A stretch of 64,000 nt of DNA from Mobula hypostoma (lineage: Eukaryota), in contig NC_086097.1 in NCBI RefSeq assembly GCF_963921235.1, positions 33,730,001-33,794,000 of the forward strand, in the 5' to 3' direction. Positions within the stretch are counted from its first letter, which is position 1; each line of letters opens with the position of its first letter. The translations under genes and the position numbers were made by a program. Positions 25,956-39,330 of the stretch are shown piece after piece. The notes beneath the pieces are model-generated. The model was given only the letters and a program-made list of their open reading frames with translations. It did not search any database and had not been told where the DNA came from.

Positions 25956-27470
25956 TAGAATCTTTGGTGACATAGCAAATGTCCAAAAACTTCGAAAGAA
26001 ATATAGTTCTTGGTGTGCCTTCATTGGGTTTACATTAATATGGTTGGCCCAGGATAGATCTTCTGAGACGATGATGCCGAGGAATTTGAAACTGCTCAGT
26101 CTTCGCTCCACTGACCCTCAACAAGGATTGGTGTGTGTTCTCCTGACTTTCCCTTTCTGAAGTCCACAGTCAATTCCTTGGTCTTGAAGATGTTGAGTGT
26201 AAAGTTATTGTTCTGACACCACTCAACCAGCTGATCTATCTCACTCCTATATGCCCCTTTGCCACCATCTGATATTCTGCCAACAACACTTCTGCTCCCT
26301 GCAGACAAACATTTATTGAATTGACTTTATTTCTTACATCTTTCACATACATGAGGAATAAAAATCTTTACGTTACGTCTCGGTCTAAATGTGCAATGTG
26401 CAATCATAGTAATTCATAATACAGTAAATATAACAGTCAACGTAACATAGAAATGCACTCAAATCAGCTTATTAATCAGTCTGATGGCCTGGTGAAAGAA
26501 GCTGTCCTGGAGCTTGTTGGTCCTGGCTTTTATGCTGCATGTTTCCTGGATATTATCAGCTGGAATAGATTGTGGTTGGGGTTACTCGGGTCCCCGATGA
26601 TCCTTCGGGCCCTTTTTTACACACCTGTCTTTGTAAATGTCCTGAATCATGGGAAGTCCACAACTACTGATGCGCTGGGCTGTCCACACCACTCTCTGCA
26701 GAGTCCTGCGATTAAGTGAGGTACAGTTTCCATACCAGACAGTGATGCAGCCAGTCAGGATGTTCTTAATTGTGCTCTTGCAGAAAGTTCTTAGGATCTG
26801 GGGGCCCATATCAACCTTCCTCAACCAGGTGAAAGAGGTACTGTTTTGCCTTTTCCACCACACAGCTGTTGCATACAAACCACGTGAGGTCCTCAGTGAT
26901 GTGGATGCCGAGGAACTTAAAGCTGTTTACTCTCTCAACCCTAGATCTATTGATGTCAATAGGGGTTAGCCCGTCTCCATTCCTCCTGTAATCCACAACC
27001 AGCTCCTTTGTTTTTGCGACATTGAGGGAGAGGTTGTTTTCTTGACACCACTGTGTCCGAGAGATGACTTCTTCCCTGTAGGCCACTTCATTATTGTTTA
27101 AGATTAGGCCAATCAACATAGTGTCATCGTCAAATTTAATTAGCAGATTAGAGCTGTGGGTGGTGACACACTCATGGATATTCAGGGAGTAAAAGAGACG
27201 ACTTAGTACATAGACCTGAGGGGCTCCTGTGTTGAGGGTCAGTGGGGTGGAGGTGAGGGGGCCCACTCTTACCACCTGCCGGCGATCTGACAGGAAGTCC
27301 AGGATCCAACTGCACAAGGCAGGGTGAAGGCTGAGGTCTCCGAGCTTCTTGTCGAGCCTGGATGGAGTTATGGTGTTGAATGCTGAACTGTAGTCCAAGA
27401 ACAGCATTCTCACATTAGCATCCTTCTTCAGATGTGTAAGGACGGGGTGTAGATTTGTGGCTATTGCATG
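25956..27470 (-). mobile_element. Rex1/Babar-type LINEs (fragment 25956-26300; 5'-truncated copy with tail 26305-27470)
   Basis: ORF 26811..27413 RMLFLDYSSAFNTI..WILDFLSDRRQVVRVG..GAPQ..KFDDDT..LNVAKTKELVVDYR. Confidence 0.9.
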
Positions 27471-27589
27471 GCGGACAGGGACTGCTGGGCCTTGGAATTT
27501 TTGATTTGTTAGACAAGTTAATGATGAACCTGTCCAGATTCTAAAATTCTATGATTTAATGTTTACATTGTTTTGGAATTGATTCTGAG

Positions 27590-28178
27590 TGCTGAGAGTG
27601 GGGAATGAGTCAATATTTGGCTGTAGCTGGAGTGGACGTGGAGCAATTCATTGTGGCAGAGCTGAGGTGCAGGGCTCAAGAACAAGAACGAGGAAAGAAC
27701 TGAGGTTTGATCAATTTAAGCACCGTGCTGAATTGGAGAAGTTGGATATGGGCCGAATCGAGGTGATCGCCGCAGGTTCAAGAGTGTATCAAAGCAGCAG
27801 GGCCCGGGGTCCGAGAGTGATGAACAGCCCGAGGTTTGGGCAATTTAATTGCTAGGCCATTTTGAAAAGGTCAGGGTGTCAGGGCCAGAGGCGAGGAATG
27901 GGAAGATTCAGCTCGCTGCTCCAGGAAGTTTACTCACGTCTGCCTTTGAACTAAGATTCCAGTATGACTGTTTCGTAGACATGGACTCACTTTTGTGAAC
28001 TCTAATTTGTTGTTTTTGTTGTTTGCACAATTTGTTTTTTTTTCTGCACATTCGGTGTTTGATGGTCTTTTCTTAACGGGTTCTGTTGGGTTTCATTGCT
28101 GCCTGTTAGGAGGCAAATCTCAAGGCTGTATACAGTGTACTGTACATACTTCGATAATAAAAACACTGTGACTTTCAC
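27590..28178 (+). mobile_element. Possible non-autonomous retroelement with Rex1/Babar-type tail
   Basis: Non-coding, CpG-containing body with internal repeat aggttt..caatttaa, then a tail shared with 25200-25452 and 30995-31195. Confidence 0.45.
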
Positions 28179-28229
28179 AATAGTAACCTCAAGTTGACCC
28201 AAACCAATCAAAATGATCTTGGTTTGACA

Positions 28230-28478
28230 ATTGAACATGAGGGGAAAGTTCATCACTGAGAGGGTGGTGAGAGTGTGGGACGAGCTACCAGTGCAAGTGG
28301 TGCATGTGAGCTCGACTTCAATGTTTAAGAGAAGTTTGGGTAGGTACATGGATTGTAGGGGTAGGGAGGTCTATAGTCCTGGTGCAGGTCGATTGGAGTA
28401 GACAGTATAAATGCTTTCAGCATCAATTAGAGGGGCCGTAGGGTCTGTTTCTGTGCTGTTCTTCTCTATGACTCTTTG
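28230..28478 (+). mobile_element. CR1 3' tail
   Basis: aacatgaggggaaagttcatcactgagagggtggtg...gggtctgtttctgtgctg. Confidence 0.75.
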
Positions 28479-28689
28479 AATTCATAATTTAAGTTAAAAA
28501 TTTTAATTTGAACAAAAATCTGAATTGCATCCCCTGAAAAAATAGTATTTAAATTTAGTCTTCGGGTTTAAGAATAGATTGTTTATCAGTCACAGCAACT
28601 TTTGCATTGAAGAGAAAAATACTGATAAAATAGAAGTTGGAGTGAGTGATCAAAGTCATTGGGCTTTCTTCATTTTGTCAACTTTATCT

Positions 28690-31600
28690 ATTCCAGTCTG
28701 CTTGGTGAGCATCCACACTTTGATTAAGTCAGACCTCCAGAGGCTGCACTCCTCCTCCCTGCAGACAAACAGGAGCTGAAACACGAGGATCCAGCACAGA
28801 AAGTTGTTCAGTGCTGGTCTGAGGAAACAGGTGGGCTTTTAAGTGACTGCTTTCAGTCAGTAGAGAGGTCCGTGTTCAAAGACCCTGCAGCCAGCCTAGA
28901 TGAGTATATCACCACTGTTACAAACTTTATCAGCAAGTGTGTTGAGGACCGTGTACTAAAGAGGACCATCCAGGTGTTCCCAAACCAGAAACTATGATGA
29001 ACTGTGAGATCAACTCCCTAATGAAGTCTAGGCCCACAGCTTCCAAATCAAGTGACTGAAATTCAGTGATACCAAGAGACAATACTAGTCTAAAATGGAA
29101 ACCCAGACCAGCTATATTGAGCTACAAAGCAAATTCAGGCAGCATCAGCAGCACATCCCTTCCCGAAGAGCTTAACAAATTCTACACATGTTTTGAATAG
29201 AAGGGGATTGGAATATCACCACCCACCCCGAATGTGTCCAATGCTCCTGAACTGAGTCACCATTGCGAATGTAAGATCAGTCTCACAGAGAATGAATCAA
29301 CAGAAAGCAAATAGACTGGATAGTGTCTTTGGCCTCATCCGTATATCCTGCACAGATCCACTAGCAGGGGTTCTGCAGGTGTTTCCCTGCTTCAGTTTGA
29401 GTTTCCCACCTGCTTTAAGGAAACCACAATCATTGCAGTACCTAAGAAAAGCAAAGCGAGTGCCTTAATGACTACTGCCTGGTGGCTCTGACATCTGTTG
29501 TCACAAAGTGTTTTGAGAGGCTTGTCATGGCATGCGTTAACTCCATCCTCCCTGATAAACTCAACCAACTGCAACACGCCTCCTCCAAAACAAGTCTATG
29601 ACAGATGTCATCTCCCTCACCTTTCATTCATATCTGGACAGCAAAGGCACCCATGTTCAACTACTGCGTATTGACTCTAACTCTGCCTTCAATACAATGC
29701 AGACAATTCTCGAGGGGGGAACAGGCAGACGTAACAAGAGATTGCACATAGTCATGAGAATAGTAGGGCACCCAGAGTGCAGAGGGCCTGGATGGGAGGG
29801 AATTTGTTCAATGTTTCCTTGAAGGGCTGAGGAGTGGCAGGTGGATTCCAACTTAGATAAGTGTGAGGTGATTCAAACTAGGATAGGACTCATACAGCGA
29901 TTGACAGGGCACTGACGTGTGTTGTAGAGCAGAGGGACCTGACAGTAGACGTGCTCTGTTCACTGAATGTGGGCCTGCAAGAGGACGAGGTGGTGAAGAA
30001 GACATTTATCATAACGGCCCTCATCAGTCAGGGCATTGAGATTCGGAGCAGGGACATTAATTTGCAGTTATATAATGTCATTGGTGAGACAGTACTTAGG
30101 GTATTGTTTACTGATTCGGTCACCCTGTTATAGGAAAGATATTGGCAAGCTGAGGAGAGTTCAGCAGACATTTACGGAAGGCTGCCCCAGTTATAGGGAA
30201 ATGTTGGCCCTGCTGGACCTTCATTCCTTGGAGTGCAGGAGAATGAGAGCTGATCTCACAGAACTTTGTAAAATCATGAGGTCTTCTCCTCAGGGTTGGG
30301 GAGTCCAAGATTAGAGGGCATAATAGATACAAGGTAAGAGGGGAGAGAATTAAAAGAGACCTGAGAGGTAATGTCTTTACATAAAGGATAGGGAATATCT
30401 GGAAAGAGCTGCCAGAGGAAGTGGTCGAGCCAGGTACAATTGCAACACTAAAGGGGCACTTGGACAGGTACTTGGAGGGCTGGGGGCCAAATGTGGGCAA
30501 CTGGGAGTAGCAGAGTGGATACTGTGGTCAGCACGAATTAGTTGGGTAGAAGGGCACATTTTTGTGCTGCATTACTTGAAGACTCTACGAATGTAATTCC
30601 AAGCAAGCTCATCTCCAAACTGCTAAATCTGCTACTCAATAAATCCCTTTGTAACTGGTAACCTTCACTTCTTGACCAACAGATTGCAATCAGTAGGGAT
30701 AGGCAGCAACACCTCCAGCAGGATTATTCTCAAGGCTGTGTCCTCATACCTCTACTCTACTCCCTGTGCTCTCATGACTATGCGGCCAGGTTCTGCTCTA
30801 GCTCCTTCTACAGCCTTGCACGTGATGCCGTCATCATAGGCTGCATCTCAAATAATGACTAGTCAGAGTACAGGAAAGAGATAGAGAGCTTAGTGAAATG
30901 GTGACATGACAGCAGTCTTTCCCTCAATGTCAGCAAAATGAAAGAGCTGGTCATTGACTTCAGGAAAAGGAAGAGTGTACATTTTTCTGTCTATAGGATC
31001 ACTTTTGTTCTGAATGTTATTTGCTTACTTGTATTGCTTGCATGATTTGTTTTTTACTCCCCACATTGGGTGTTTGATGTTCTTTTTTATGGGTTCTTTT
31101 GGGTCTCTTTGTTTTGTAACTGCCTGTAAGAAAATGAATCTCAAGGTTGTATAATGTACACATACTTTCATAATAATTGTACTTTGAACTTTGAACATCA
31201 ATGGTGTTGAGGTTGCGAGGGTTGAGAGTCTCAAGTTCGTTGGCGTGACCATCAATGACCTGCCCTAGTCCAACTGCGTTGATCCCATGACCAAGAAAGC
31301 TGACTAGCACTTCTACTTCCTCAGGAGGCTAAAAAAGCTTAACATGCCCTCTTTGGTCCTTGCCAATTTTTATTAACGTACTATAGGAACCATCCTATCT
31401 GGGTGCGTCACAGCTTGGTATGGCAATTGCTCTGCATTTGTCTGAAGCACACTGCAGAGAGTTGTGGACACAGCTCAGTACATCATAGAAACCAGCTTCC
31501 TCTCCATGGACTCTTGCTATATTTGTAAAGCAGCCAGCAGAATCAAGGATCGCTCCCAGCCTGGTCATTCTCTCTTTTACCCTGTTTCATCAGGCTGAAG

Positions 31601-31880
31601 ATACAAAAGCCTGAAAACACGACCATCAGGCTCAAAGACAGCTTCTATCCTGCGCTTAAAGATTACTGAATAGTTCCCAAGTACAGTAAGATGGACTCTT
31701 GACCTCACAACCTATCTTGTTGTAACCTTGCACCTCATTGGCTACCTGCAGTGCCCTTTCTCTGTACAGTAACACTTCCTTTTAAACCTTATACTACCTC
31801 AATGTACCAAGGTAATAAATTGACCTGTACAGACAGTATGCAAGACAAACTTTTCACAGTTCCGCAGTACCTGCAACAAA
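28690..31880 (+). mobile_element. Old Rex1/Babar-type LINE hosting a CR1 (~29697-30592) and a Rex-type tail (~30993-31195)
   Basis: RT reads SAFNT at ~29696 and continues IIPSKLISKL at ~30594; aatgactactgcctggtggctctgac (NDY..VAL); gtcta|catcaatgg rejoins across the second insertion. Confidence 0.82.
29697..30592 (+). mobile_element. Old CR1 3' part
   Basis: LVRQYLGYC..SPCYRKDI.KL.RVQQTFT; CR1 tail at ~30550. Confidence 0.78.
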
Positions 31881-33242
31881 AGTAATAACCCAATTTAGCA
31901 AACTAGTGAAAGGTTGCAAAGAGACCCACCTGGTTCAGCAATGCTCATTATACAAAGTTTGTACGTTTGTAGAAGGAAATCTACCAGGTCCAGTCTAAGT
32001 CTAAACACTGATGCTTTTTACTATTTTCTGAGTGGTTTGGCAAAGCCACTCGGTGTATGGAACTTGACTCGATGGGGACACACATTAATACAAGCATCAA
32101 CATCTGCTTGAGATTCATCCATGGGGTGAAAGGCACCATCTGAGCTGTTTAAAACTCACAGGTATTCAGAGCAAGATGCTATCTGTGACTGTGTTCTGTA
32201 CCGTGCAGGACCCTGGGACTATAATCCAGGACTATGTGCTGAAGGACAAGGTGTTAGAGGGAAGGACCACAGTTGAGGAGAGGGGCCTCCCATTATTGCG
32301 TTATTATTACAGTTTGCGTTAAAACTCCGTGAAGAATTTGCTCAGTGATTGGATTAACATGACAGATGAACATTTTTATTTTAACGTTCTGTGTTACATA
32401 TGTTCAAAATGTTTATGAATTCGGTATATTTTGAAATGAAAGGGAAGAAGCCACTGAAGATGGAAGAACGTGGATGCTTCGGTCTGGAACGAAAAAAACT
32501 GGTGAACGCTTGAAAGATTCAGTGGGTCAAGCAGCATCTGTGGAGGCAGAAGTTGTAAGCTGTCGTTTCAGGTTGAGATCCTGCATTGAGATTTGAAACC
32601 TTGATTTACACCTCAGAATGAACCACTGTGCTAATAATGTGGTGGATGAAGAAGGCCTCCTGTTGGGCAGAAAGAGCAGATATACTGTACAAATAGAAAC
32701 AATATTCTTGGAATTAATATTTTACAAAATCAACAACTTTTAAAACAGTTAACTTTTCTTACTAATTTTTTTGATGGAAGCGATTTATGTGAACCAAAAA
32801 ACAATCTCTGCAGATAATGGAAATCCGAAACAAAAATGGGAAATGCCAAAGCACTCAGCAATAGTCAAGCAATATCTATGAAGAGGAACAGTGTAAATGT
32901 TTCAAGTCATTGTGCAAAGTCTAAACATGGGGAATTGGGGTGTCAATTGCATATCATAATCTAAAATCATATAGTAAAATTAGGCATGTTTTTGCCCCTA
33001 AGATAGTCAAGTCTGGTCAACACATAAAAAGTGCTGGAGGAATTGAACAGGCCAGGCAGCACCTGTAGAAAAGAATACCGTCGGCATTTCGGACTGAGAT
33101 CCTTCATCAGATCTGGAATGTGTAACTTAGTCGAGTTTATTATCATGGGCACGTGTACAGTGAGGTAGAGGTACAATGAAAACTCTCTTGCAAACTGTCC
33201 TGCCGAAGGGTCTCGGCTCGAAACGTCGACTGTGCTTTTTTA

Positions 33243-33288
33243 TACACACACAGACACAGACACACACAGACAGACATACAGACAGACA

Positions 33289-33320
<32 letters not shown>
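33243..33320. repeat. (CA)n / CAGA microsatellite
   Basis: Direct inspection. Confidence 0.9.
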
Positions 33321-33323
<3 letters not shown>

Positions 33324-33329
33324 CTAAGG

Positions 33330-34030
33330 AAGTGCAAGAGGTGGTCTGCAGTTTTTTGTTGCTGAAGCAAGATGAGGGTCGTGCAGGTTGGTTTAAGAAC
33401 CTTATGGTTGTGGGAAAGTAGTGGGGATCCCTAACGATAGATGTTGCCTTCCTGAGGCAGTGCTCCCGTAGATGCTGTCGGTGTCTGGGAGGGCTGTGCC
33501 TGTGATAGACCAGGCTGTGTCCACTACTCTCTGCAGCCTCTTGCATCCGTGTACATTCAAACTGGCATATCAGACTACAATGCCACTAGTCAGGAGACTT
33601 TCAACAGTGCATCTGCAGAAGTTTGTTAAAATGTATGATAACATGCAAATCTCCTTAAGCTTCTAAGAAAGTAATGGTAGTTTCACAGCTTTGTGCTAGG
33701 CTCTGGTCAGAGCACAGACGTTTGAAGTTGCTGACTCTTTACATCTCTGGTCCAGCCTGTTGTCTCAACTTCCCCTTTCTGAAGTCAGTGATTAGTTCCT
33801 TGGTTTAGCTGATGTTAAGCATGACAGTGAGTCCTTGAAACAGCAGTCAACCAGATGTTTCATCTCGTGTACACTGACTCATCACCCACTCATGATCTGT
33901 CAAACGACAGCGCTGTCATTAGCGAACTTCTAGATGGCTTTGGAGCAATGCCGAATTACATAGCTGTAGGTCTCAAGGAGAGTTGAGTAGAAAGATAAAC
34001 GTGCAGACCTGAGCTGCACCTGTGTTGCTG
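33330..34030 (-). mobile_element. Old Rex1/Babar-type fragment
   Basis: CLRKATSIVRDPHY and reverse complement of the FCRCTVESLLT-type motif. Confidence 0.7.
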
Positions 34031-34214
34031 GGCAGTGAGAAGGAGAACGTTTTGCAATAACAAATATGCAAAAAATCCCATTGCAATGCTCCCATGAAAG
34101 TAACATCTCTTCATTGAAAGCCATGGAACAACAGCCATCTTTAAAATAATATTCAAGGCATTTGGGGGTCTGGGTCAGCATAACGATGAGCTGTGAAAGA
34201 CAGTGTGTGTGGAG

Positions 34215-34390
34215 CCATAGAAACACAGAAATCTACAGCACATTACAGGCCCTTCGGCCCACAATGTTGTGCTGACCATGTAACCTACTCTAGAAGCTGC
34301 CTAGAATTTCCCTAGCGCATAGCCCTCTAATTTTCTAAGCTCCATTTAGCTATCTAAGAGTCTCTTAAAAGACCCTGTTGTATTCGCCCC
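34215..34390 (-). mobile_element. CR1 3' tail
   Basis: catagaaacacagaaatctacagcacattacaggcccttcggccc. Confidence 0.75.
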
Positions 34391-34584
34391 ATATAGTGAA
34401 GACTTAACTGAATTGATTTTTCCAAATAGATTGGCTGTAAAGTAGATGCAGATTGAAAAGGATAATGTGACCCAGCAGGATGGAGAAAAGAGCTTGTGTT
34501 GGAGGTAAGTGCTTATTGTAGTTTAGATGTTGGATGTGGTGTTAAATTAATTAAACTGTACATCTCCCTAAAGTATCATACAGA

Positions 34585-34815
34585 AAATGATAGAGGAACT
34601 CAGTTAGGCAGGCAGCATCTGTGGAGGGGAATTAACAGTCAATATTTTGAGCCAAGACCCTTCATCAGGACTGGAAAGGAAGGGGGCAGAAGCCCGAGTA
34701 AGAAGGTGGAGAAAGGGGAGGGAGTACAAGCTGGCAGGTGACAGGTGAGACCAGGTGAGGGGGAAGGTGGGCATGTGGGGAGTGGGGATGAAGTGAGAAG
34801 CTGGAAAGTGTTAGG
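34585..34815 (-). mobile_element. Penelope 3' end fragment with decayed hammerhead motif (34637-34672)
   Basis: Reverse complement cagtcCTGATGAagggtcttggctcAAAATattgactg. Confidence 0.72.
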
Positions 34816-35124
34816 TGCATTCTCTGTTTGTCCCTCCAGCTTATCCCCGAGCAGTTAGGATGACTGCCGCCAATCTTCCAGATGCTGAGTATCTTCCAGT
34901 GTGTGGAAACTTGAACTGCATCTAATACTTTACTGAAGTAAAACCAAATTAAGCTTCAGGCTCATCAAACCGGCTGTAAAATTCGATGCTTCATTCTAAT
35001 TTTTTAAATAGAAGTATGGAAATGAGTTTTTTAATAATCCTCAGTCTAAACCATAACGGTTTATATCCAATCTGGCAATTGTTGAAATTATGTTGCATTT
35101 TCTATGAGCTCCTGATAACTTCCA

Positions 35125-36520
35125 AATAATAATAATACTAATAATAAAAGGACTCTATTGATCTCGAGTGAGAAATTCTTTGGTTACAGCAGCAACATTT
35201 AAAAACACACTTAACAGTGTGTAGACTTAACTAATAATAAATACAGAATAATAATATACACAATAATAATTTACCGATCTGCAATAATGTGCAATAATAA
35301 TGTACAAAATAATAAAACAGAAACCATTATACTATGATGTGTGTTCTCCTGTCACACAGAGATGAACTGTTCTATATCCTTATTGCATTTAGTAGGGAAG
35401 ATTTTCTGTAATGATCTTTGTGACAGCAGAGCTGAATGAGTCTGTTCGAAAGGTGCTCCACTGTTTATGCAGTAGGTCATGGAGAGGATGTGCCTGATTG
35501 TCCATAATGGATAACAGATTGTGCAGTGACCTCCTCTCCTCCACTAACTCAAGAGCGTCTGGGTTGTAGCCAAGGACAGATCCAGCATTTTTGATGAGTT
35601 TATTTAGTCTTTTTGCATCGCCAGCACCGATGCTGCTCCCCCAACATAAAGCTGCAAAGGAGACTGCACTTGTTACAACAGACTAGTAAAAGGTCACTAA
35701 CATCCTGCTGCACGCATTGGAGGATCTCAGCTTCCATAGAAAATAGAGTCTGCTCATCCCCTTGTAGACTGCCTTGGCGTTGGTTTTCTAGTCAAGCTCG
35801 TTGTCGAGGTGAACACCCAAGTATTTGTACTCCTCCACCACTGCAACCTCTTCTCCCAGAATGTACACAGGACTCGTCACAGTCCTCTTCCTCCTGAAAT
35901 CAATCACCATCTCCCTGGTCTTGGCCACATTCAGGAGCAGGTGATTCCTCCAGCACCGCTCCACAACTTGTCCACCAGTCCTCTGTACTCTGACTCCTGC
36001 CCATCTCTGATACACTCAGCTACCGCAGAGTCATCAGAGAACTTCTGCAAGTGACTAGACTCAGATTTGCACTGAAAGTCTGAGGTGTGCAGTGTGAACA
36101 GAAACGGAGGCAGGACAGTCCCTTGTGGCACGCCAGTGACACTCACCACCATTTCAGACTGAGAACTACCCAGCCGTACAAACTGGGGTCTATCTGTCAG
36201 GTAGTCAGTAATCCAGGAGAAAGTGGATTTGTCTACACCCATCCTTTGCAGCTTCTAGCTCAGAAGCAGTGCATGGATCGTATCGAAGGCAACTGGAGAA
36301 ATCAAAAAAATGTGGTTTTCCCAATGGCAGCATCATCATCCGGGTGCAAGTGAGCTGCCTGCAGCAGGTAGATGATGGCATTACCCACTCCCAATGAGGT
36401 CATTAGGAAACTGTAGCGGGTCCAATGAAGATCCCATCTGCAGTCCAAGGTAAGTCAGGACCAACCTCTCCAGCACCTTCATAACATGAGATGTGAGGCT
36501 AATTGGTCCGTAGTCAATAA
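35125..36520 (-). mobile_element. Rex1-like LINE, 5'-truncated, second family
   Basis: WITDYLTDRPQFVRLG..TGVPQGTVLPPFLFTLHTSDF..LQKFSDDSA; LNVAKTREMVIDFRR; EYKYLGVHLDN. Confidence 0.88.
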
Positions 36521-36702
36521 TATAAATTATGCAGGTAAGTATTTTGATTTTATTTATATACAGAACAAATCTCTTTTAGCCTTCTTTATATTCCAGATCC
36601 AGTGTTATCAGTCTTTAGTGGGGTGGGATTTAAATTACCAGCCTTCTGCTGTGAGGTGACACGCTGGATCAGAGATTTGTAGGACTGGCATCAGGGTAAC
36701 AT

Positions 36703-36716
36703 GTGCCATCTAGTGG
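36703..36716 (-). promoter_or_regulatory. Candidate CTCF site
   Basis: CCACTAGATGGCAC on the minus strand matches the CTCF core consensus; lies in non-repeat sequence. Confidence 0.45.
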
Positions 36717-37822
36717 TCTGCTTCAGAATTGACAGATCTAATTCTACACAGAGAACGAACCCATTCATTACAATGAAAATAAAAGATTATGAGGATAATT
36801 TATTGACAATTTATTGCCCTGGCTGAATTTTTCCCATATTTAAGACAGAGTAGTTTTTCTTTACATCTTAATTATCAATGGGGCCAGCTGAAAATATGAT
36901 CAATGGGGCTGGAGTAAACTCAAAGGAGGTTCACTGCCAAGGTTTCAACAGTGATTTTGAAGAGACTTTCATGTGGTCAATGTCTACAAGTGTTAGGACT
37001 TTGGATTCTGGGGTTGTAGCACTCTAACTGTGAAGTTACCAATATAATGAAGGATGGCCTGAACACTGCCAGGGACGGAGGACCCTATACGCCAGTGACG
37101 TAACGGGCACGAGGTGGAGTACGCTGACTGAGATACTGAGAGACTTGTGCACCGAACAAAATCCTTAGAGTGCTGGAAATCTGGAACGAAACCACTGGAA
37201 ACGCTCAGCAAGTCAGATAGTATCTGTGGAAAGAGAAACAGTTAGTGTTTCAGATAGAACATACGTGGTGGTACATCTAGTAGAGCTGCTGCTTTACAGC
37301 TTCAGACATTTTGGTTCAATCATCAACTCTGCATTTCCCTCTATAGATGCTGCCTGACCTGCTGGGTTCCTCCGATATTTTGTGTGTGGTGCGTTGGTTT
37401 TGGGCGCAACATGCATTCATTAGGAATGCAGGCCAAAGATTATATTTCATTCGGAGCCTGAGGAGATCTGGTTTGTTAGCAAAGATTGTAGCATGTTTCT
37501 ACTGAATACTATGGAGCACATTCTGACTGGCGGTGCATCCACCACCTGGTGTGGATGCTGCAAAGACCCAAGATTGAGAGGGGCTTAGGAGGGTTGTAGA
37601 TTCAGCTAACTCCATCACAGGCACAACCTCCCCACCATTGTAATATCTTCAAAAGGTAGTTCCTCAAGAATGTGGCATCTATCGTTAAGACCTTCACCAT
37701 CTGGGACATGCTGTCTTCTCATTACTATAGTTTCAATATAATTATGGAAAAGGATAGGTCTGGACCCAGGGTTGAGATTTTTGATTGGAGAAAGGTGAAA
37801 AGGCGAGAAAGGATTTAGAAGC

Positions 37823-38657
37823 GTAAACACGAGGAATTCTGCAGATGCTGGAAATTCAAGCAAAACACGTCAAAGTTGCTGGTGAACGCAGCAGGCCAGG
37901 CAGCATCTCTAGGAAGAGGTACACTCGACGTTTCGGGCCGAGACCCTTCGTCAGGACTAACTGAAGGAAGAGCTAGTAAGAGATTTGAAAGTGGGAGGGG
38001 GAGGGGGAGATCCAAAATGATAGGAGAAGACAGGAGGGGGAGGGATGGAGCCAAGAGCTGGACAGGTGATAGGCAAAAGGGATACGAGAGGATCATGGGA
38101 CAGGAGGCCCAGGGAGAAGGAAAAGGGGGAGGGGGGGAAAAACCCAGAGGATGGGCAAGGGGTATAGACAGAGGGACAGAGGGAGAGAAAGAATGTGTGT
38201 ATATAAATAAATAATGGATGGGGTACGAGGGGGAGGTGGGGCATTAGCAGAAGTTTGAGAAGTCAATGTTCATGTCATCAGGTTGGAGGCTACTCAGACA
38301 GAATATAAGGTGTTGTTCTTCCAACCTGAGTGTGGCTTCATCTTTACAGTAGAGGAGGCCGTGGATAGACATATCAGAATGGAAATGGGATGTGGAATTA
38401 AAATGTGTGGCCACTGGGAGATCCTGCTTTCTCTGGCAGACAGAGCGTAGGTGTTCAGCAAAACGATCTCCCAGTCTGCGTCGGGCCTCGCCAATATATA
38501 GAAGGCCACATTGGGAGCACCAGATACAGTATATCACCCCAGCCGACTCACAGGTGAAGTGTCGCCTCACCTGGAAGGACTGTCTGGGGCCCTGAGTGGT
38601 GTCCACATCAGGAGCACCGGACGCAGTATATCACCCCAGCCAACTCACAGCTGAAGC
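37823..38657 (-). mobile_element. Penelope-like element, 5'-truncated (GIY-YIG plus 3' end), same family as 2909-3868
   Basis: ORF 38244..38606 FTCESAGVIYCIWCSQCGLLYIGEARRRLGDRFAEHL. Confidence 0.92.
37923..37958 (-). ncRNA. Minimal hammerhead ribozyme motif
   Basis: AGUC-CUGACGA-AGGGUCUCGGCCC-GAAAC-GUC-GAGU. Confidence 0.78.
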
Positions 38658-39330
38658 CACACATAGGCTTTTTCCATTGAGAGTGGGGGAGATTCAAACA
38701 AGAAGACATGAGTTGAGACTTAGGGGCAAAGGTTTAGGGGTAATATGAGGGGGAACTTCTTTACTCAGAGAGTGGTAGCTGTGTGGAACGAGCTTCCAGC
38801 AGAAGTGGTAGAGGCAGGCTCAATATTGTCGTTTAAAGTAAAATAGCTATACTGAAAGGAAGGAAGGGAATGGAGGGTTATGGGCTGAGTGCAGGTCGGT
38901 GGGACTAGGTGAGAGTAAGCATTCGGCATGGACTAGAAGGGCCGAGATGGCCTGTTTCCGTGCTGTAATTGTTATATGGTTATATGGTTATATAGCATAG
39001 GTATGGGAATCACAAGACACACACTCAATGTTTTAGGAATAGCTTCTTCCTCTCTGCCACCAGATATCTGAAAGGTCTGTGAACTCAAGAACACTACCTC
39101 ACCATTCTTCATTTGCATTATTTTTATTACATTTTCAATGACTTGCAATGTACTGCTGTCACAAAACACCGGATTTCACAGTTCGTGTCAGTGATAACAA
39201 ACCTGATTCTGATTGTGATGTCAAAATGCATGGTGAAGTAATACTGGAGCACGGACAGTCACATGAAAACTCTGCCCTGACAAAGGTTAATGTGAGTGAG
39301 AAGAGCAGCCAGCTCTTTGAATAATCAAAG

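Larger units (their letters stand above)
37490..39215 (+). mobile_element. Nested cluster: Rex-type 3' end (37490-37720 and 38995-39215) hosting CR1 pieces (37720-37822, 38662-38993)
   Basis: Rex tail resumes after the CR1 (TATATGGT)n tail. CR1 left piece encodes IIMEKDRSGPRVEIFDWRK; right piece is the last ~330 bp of the family. Confidence 0.78.
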
